A stretch of DNA of 64,000 nucleotides from the human T2T-CHM13v2.0 reference genome, Homo sapiens. Shown in pieces: positions 58,173 through 64,000 of the stretch (position 1 is the first letter of the stretch; each line of letters begins with the position of its first letter). The position numbers and the translations under genes were made by a program. Under the pieces are notes generated by a model. That model had not been told where the DNA came from. It made no database searches and saw nothing but the letters and a program-made list of their open reading frames with translations. The stretch lies in assembly GCF_009914755.1 (NCBI RefSeq), contig NC_060933.1; one strand, 5' to 3'.

Positions 58173-59344
58173 GGAGTCTACAGTCAAAGTGAAATTTCTC
58201 CACTTTGGCTATTGGGAGTGTGAACTGTTCGTAGCCCTGGATGAGCTCTGAGAATGGTTCTGCTTGGTTCTTTCTCCAGCCTCAGGTGCTTTCCTTATAC
58301 ACATGCGCTGATCAGCACTTGGGTGAAGCCGTTGAAGAATTGCAGCTCATTCTCCGCATGATTCTCTTCTCTGATTCCCTCCCTTGCATGTTTCACCTTC
58401 CTTGCTCTTCCCAAAGTCTAAACTCATACCTCCTCAACTTCAGGAGACCTCTGAGCTCTGCTTGGTTTTCCCCTCCCTGCCCTGCAGCTTGATCATTCTC
58501 CAGGCAGCAAGATGGGACAATCGTAGGACCCACCTTGTTTGCTTCCCTCTCTTAGGGTGTTTTGCCCAGTGTTGCCTGTTATCCAGTGTCTAAAAATCAT
58601 TGTTTGATATATTTCGATCAGTTTCTTAGTTGTTTAAGGTGGGTGGTGAATCTGGTCCTTCTTACTCCGTCATGACTAGAAGCCACCAGTGCTTCTTGTA
58701 TCAGTATTATTTTGCATTGATGAGAGTAGTTTTGGAAGATAGCATACCAGAAGAGGCATTGTGGGGTCATAGACTCTGTGCATTTCAAAGATATTACCAA
58801 ATTGGCCCTTGTCAAGGCTGCGCTGTTTTATATTTCTGAGGGTCTCATTCTCTTAGCAGGGGTTGTGGGGATAGATGATGAATATGAAACTGCTTTGAGC
58901 TCCATAAAGTGCTGGGAAGATGCCAGAGGTTATGGCTCTGAAGAAAGGGCTTCTCCTGGCTGTTCCTCCTTTGGCTTAGGGTTTCTGATGGGCATTTCGC
59001 TCTTCCATGCTATAGTCGGGTTGTAGGGTCGTTTTAGTCACTGCCATCATGTAGGACTGTTATTTCCTTAGCAAGTGGGGGTGGCTGGGGAGGAGGCTTC
59101 CTTTAGACTGCTGCTTTCTTTCCTGACATCTACTGAACCTACAAATGCCACATAATGTTCCAAGTGCTCCGTGGAGTCATTGTGATGTAATTTAATTCTG
59201 CACCACAAGCTAGAGAGTTTGAGATGAAATGGAAACTGAGAGAGCTGGTGTGGTTTGCTTAAGGTTAAGCAGCTAATTCCTAGCAAAGTGAGGATTCTTT
59301 CTGCCTTTAAACCAAACCTGCCAGTTTATACAACAAACCATCCA

Positions 59345-59910
59345 TTATAGTCAGGACGCCTTAGGTTTTAAGTGACAGAAACTCATCTCAAACTTGCTTA
59401 ATCCAAAAGGGGACGTGTATTGGCATGCCTACTGAAAAGTCCAGGGGTTAGCCAATTTTAGGCATGGCTGGCCCACATATGCAGATGATGTCATCGGAAA
59501 TGTGCTCTTCTCCATCTCTCAGCTCTTGTTTCCTTGTGGTGACTTCTTCAGGCAGGCCCTCTCCAAGTGGTGGCAGAAATGGCTGTAGCAGCACCATGCT
59601 TATTTTTCACCCCCAGTGGAGTAGTCCTGGAGGAAAGAGAGCATCTCTTTTCCAAGGGCTTTAACGGAAGTCCCAAGGAAGGCTCTCATTGGCCCAATGA
59701 GGGCCATAGGCTCATCCCTAAGCCGATCACAGTGCGAGGATGGTGTGTTGTTATTATTGGATGGCCCTGGGTTATTTGATTCTCTTGTTGGAGTTGGGGG
59801 CTGGGGATAGCCCATTGACACCACTTAGGTTGTGGGGACCTGAAGGGATGAGATAGTTCTGTACTGTAAGATGGGATGCTGAGGAGGCAGAAACAAAACT
59901 GTCCACTGTA
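59345..59910 (-). mobile_element. Old MLT1 (J/K-like) LTR
   Basis: TTATAGTCAGGAC...AAGTGACAGAAACTCATCTCAAACT...GCTCTCATTGGCCC. Confidence 0.65.
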
Positions 59911-60957
59911 TCCCCTTTGGCCTCTAGAGCAAGCTCACCCACTCTGGCCCTTGCAGCTCCAATTGTTCATGGTGTTCACAGGTCTGCTTGGCCCCTGCCC
60001 TGGTGAGTTTTTTCCTCGCCTGGCTTGACAGTGGCATTCTGCCCTCCCACTTGCTGGCCGTTCACTGTTCTCTTGCCACCCCGGGCAGGGACTTTCCCAG
60101 GCAATGAGGCTTCCTGGATCTTGTTCCCTTTTGCTGAATCCTTATCCAATAATCAGAACCAAGAAACCCAGGCCCAGCAGGCTGAGGACACCTCCACACC
60201 ACCTCTTTCATCATGAGTAGGCAAGCGCTTTCCAGAGGGTTGTCCAGGACCCCCCCGCATGAGAGGCCCCTGGGGCCACCTGTAGACTGGTGTTTCTGCA
60301 TCGCTGGGAGGTACAGTTGAATGTCTAACCAACTCCCCAGGCAATGCTTCCACACGGAAGGTTGAGAGCCACAGTTAGATGACTGTCCTCAAATGAGCTG
60401 GGGTTTTCTTTCAAGGACTCTCTTTCCTTCCGATGGGGTTGTTTGATTTATCCTGATTTTAGGATTCCCCTCCTTCCCATGAGAGCTGCCCCCTTCAGAA
60501 TCATGGGGGTGTCACTGTGAGAGCTTGAGTCTGCAGTGTGGGATCCCTTTCTCAAGAGGTCAGCATGATTATTTTCCATCTAGTGCTTTGTGGGTCTCAA
60601 GACTTAAATTGGGAGGAATGTTAAAAACAAGGATGACGCACAGTGTGCCTGCATTTCCATGAAACAGTGACACCCAGAGCCTCAGCAGGATGGCTCCTGA
60701 GAACTGGGAGGCTCGGGCAGTCAAAAGAATCTTCATGTCTTGAGCCTTTGGCTTGGGAAAGTTCAGTGACTGATGTAACAGCACATTTCACTTGTTCGTA
60801 AGTTAAGACCCTAACATTTATAGAGAAAAACATCATCTTTACCCACTACGAGATTTCAAAAGCCTTTTTAGCTAAAGAACTCTTTCATAAATGCAATCTC
60901 ACACAGGTGCTCAGGATGTTAAATACATAGATAAAAGCAGTTTAAAAAAATGGAGGA

Positions 60958-61220
60958 GGGAGGACCATATTATGACTTTTGTGGGCCTTAGGCACTTTTG
61001 TCTTCGTGGGCTCCTTCCTCCATACAAAAATATTAAAAATTATTTTGTATGACTGCATTGGTGTAGACATGAATATATTAATATTCTATGTTATACATTT
61101 TTTTTTGACCTGAAAGTTCATCTTTTAAGTTCTGATTTTAAAAGGAATGAAAGCATTTTTGTGGGTCTCTAAAAGTTTCTCGGGCCCTGGGTGCTGTGTC
61201 TGATGGGGAAGTCAGCCCCG
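60958..61220. mobile_element. hAT-Tip100 DNA transposon fragment (ORSL-like) nested in another hAT fragment
   Basis: TTATGACTTTTGTGGGCCTTAGGCACTTTTG...GGGCCCTGGG...AAGTCAGCCCC. Confidence 0.55.
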
Positions 61221-62374
61221 AGGCAGCAGGTTCCTATCTGCTTGGCCCCTCTCTGGTTGGCCCCTCAGGCAGCTGGAGGAACCCAGTTTGAAGACCGCTG
61301 TGCAGAGTTATCTCTTGCCCCTTCTCAGGCTCTGCTTCTGCCTCACTGGGGAGTGAGGATCACAGAATCACAAGATACCATAATAAGGATGGAATGTCAA
61401 GGCCATTCATACCCCAGCCACCCTCACCCTCCAAGAAACAGGTCTTGCCCTTCAATCTCTGAAGTGCCATTCTTGCTAAATGATCATCTTTCCTGCCTCT
61501 GCTTGGGCCCCTTCTGGGGACGGTGATTTCATGACTCTGTTTTAGTCCTCCTTTTTAGTCTCCTATGGGGCTTCAGTAAGTTCCTGGGTCAGTCGCCATT
61601 TATACCCCAAAGCCGGTGAATCCCTTAGTGGCCAAGTCATTGCTGAGCTGGGATAGGAGCCAGGAGTCTGGGGTTCGAGGCGCAGCTCTGCCCCTCGGCT
61701 GCTGTGGGACCTGAGCAAGGACACTCTCTCTCTCTCTGAGCTTGAGGTGCCTCATTTGGAAAAGGAATGGGTTGGAGGGAATGGTCCTGTCGCCTGTTGC
61801 AGTTGTATGCAGTGATGCTAATGGAAGATCGAGGCATGTCCCGGCCTGATACCTGCAGCTCAGGTCATTCTGGGACTTGTGGCTCTTGCTTGGTGGTTGG
61901 GGGCTAGAGGCCTTGTGTGTCCCTGTCCCCCTGGGTCTGGGTGGAGTATCGTGACTGGGACTTTGACCACAGATGTGGATAAGGAAGGGGAAAAATCAGG
62001 TGGCTTCAGACCATGGCTGCGCTCTGTATGTGCTACGAGGCTGCAGATGGACTTTTCCTGAGATTTGTTTAGGGAAACTTGGGTCTGTCAGGGCTCAGTG
62101 GGCAGCTGTCCAGAAACCTTGGGGTGTCATGTGATGCCCACTGAGGTTTGGGGAGAGGGGAATGAGGGTGGTGACTTGCTTTCCTCCCTGGGACTTGCTA
62201 GCCCAAGCTTGAAGGTGCCACCGTCTCAGGGCCTGGGCTTGCTTGGGGATGGGTGGTGGCTCCACAGGGTGGAAATGTTCATTCCTTTCTCCCGAGTCCA
62301 GCGCCTCCTGGCCTCTGGTGCTTGCATGCGGATGCTCCCATGCTGTATCCCGCTCCCCGATACTCACAGCCTAG

Positions 62375-62680
<306 letters not shown>

Positions 62681-63390
62681 TAGCCTATTTTTATGAACTC
62701 ACCACTCCCCGCCTGGCTGCCCCTTATCCCTGCTATACTAAATGGCTCTCCTAGATACACCTTGATTTTCCACCTCCCCACTTTGCTCATGCTGTCTCTC
62801 CTGCTGAGGCAGTTGGTGCCATGGCCTCCCAGACCACAGAAAGAGAGTAGGGTGCAGGATGAGTCTCCATTTCTGGCCTCTAAGTAGGGGAGCCTCCTGA
62901 CCAGCCAGCTTCTAATTCCAGGTCTGTGTTTGTTCACCTGGTTCCTGCTCTTCACTCTGTAATTATTGATTCCTGCCGAGTCCACTTAGCTCGAGCCAGC
63001 TGGGGTGGACCTGCAGCCCAGCATCAGCTTCCGGGGCTTAGAAGTTCCTGGAAACAGTGACTTATTATTGGCCTAATAACGAGCGTGTTCCTGCCAGCCA
63101 GGTGTGTTCAGGTGTGCGCGGCTGCTGTGAAGGACGTCTTCATGGGCATGCATTTATTTTCCTTTCGCTTGGATCTGGCTCCTCAGGGTTGTTTCCTCTT
63201 CCACCATTACATTTTTACTTCAGTAATTTGTCCAATTATCTACCAGGGACAATATCACTTTCCTAAAGTGGTTCATCTGAAAGCCCTTTTCTCCATCCTC
63301 TCTCCTGTCCTTCCTTCACACCTGTGCTCAGGGCCCGTCTTCCCGTCCCAGCTGACAAGAGGCTCAGAGCCCAGCCTAGCCCATATCTGA

Positions 63391-63771
<381 letters not shown>

Positions 63772-63923
63772 TAAACCAAGTTTGTTTTTCTTTGTTATAA
63801 CAAATAGCAAGTGCTCTTTATAGAAAAAGAAAACACAGAAAAGTATGAGGAAGAAAGAAAATCACCTAGAGATCCCTACTCAGATGTTGACACTTTTGAC
63901 ATTTTGAGCTTTTTTCCAAGTAT

Positions 63924-64000
63924 TGTTTTTGTTTTGTTTTTTTGAGATGGAGTTTCACTCTAGTCACCCAGGCTAGAGTACAATGGTGCAATCTCGGCTC
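63924..64000 (-). mobile_element. Alu cut by the window edge
   Basis: T-rich tail + GAGATGGAGTTTCACTC...CCAGGCTAGAGTACAATGG. Confidence 0.9.

Overview
Human-type (primate) genomic DNA, recognised from memory as the 5' end of ZNF618 (chr9q32; no database search was possible). A CpG island at ~28.4-29.4 kb holds the promoter, a (GGC)10 tract and coding exon 1 (ATG 28970, MNQPGGAAAPQ, donor GT at 29003). Everything downstream is the first ~35 kb of a long intron 1; no further coding exon was seen. The upstream 28 kb is repeat-dense intergenic DNA (Alu, old L1, MaLR/ERVL LTRs, MIR, DNA transposons). It contains a 5'-truncated processed PDCD2 pseudogene (minus strand, 2927-4219) with target-site duplications. 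Almost all ORF-track entries are Alu/L1/GC-shadow artefacts. I found no clearly novel multi-gene system. The best leads are: (i) a 16 x 39-bp CpG-rich minisatellite built from the tRNA-derived head of a MIR, forming an array of sense-strand 3' splice-site-like sequences, three with consensus branch points; (ii) a GGC repeat in the poly-Gly frame, in frame with the ZNF618 start; (iii) strong CpG retention in the PDCD2 retrocopy; (iv) a cryptic degenerate ~90/180-bp repeat array upstream of the promoter; (v) two old templated-insertion scars. Repeat subfamily names come from recalled consensus sequences and repeat boundaries are approximate.
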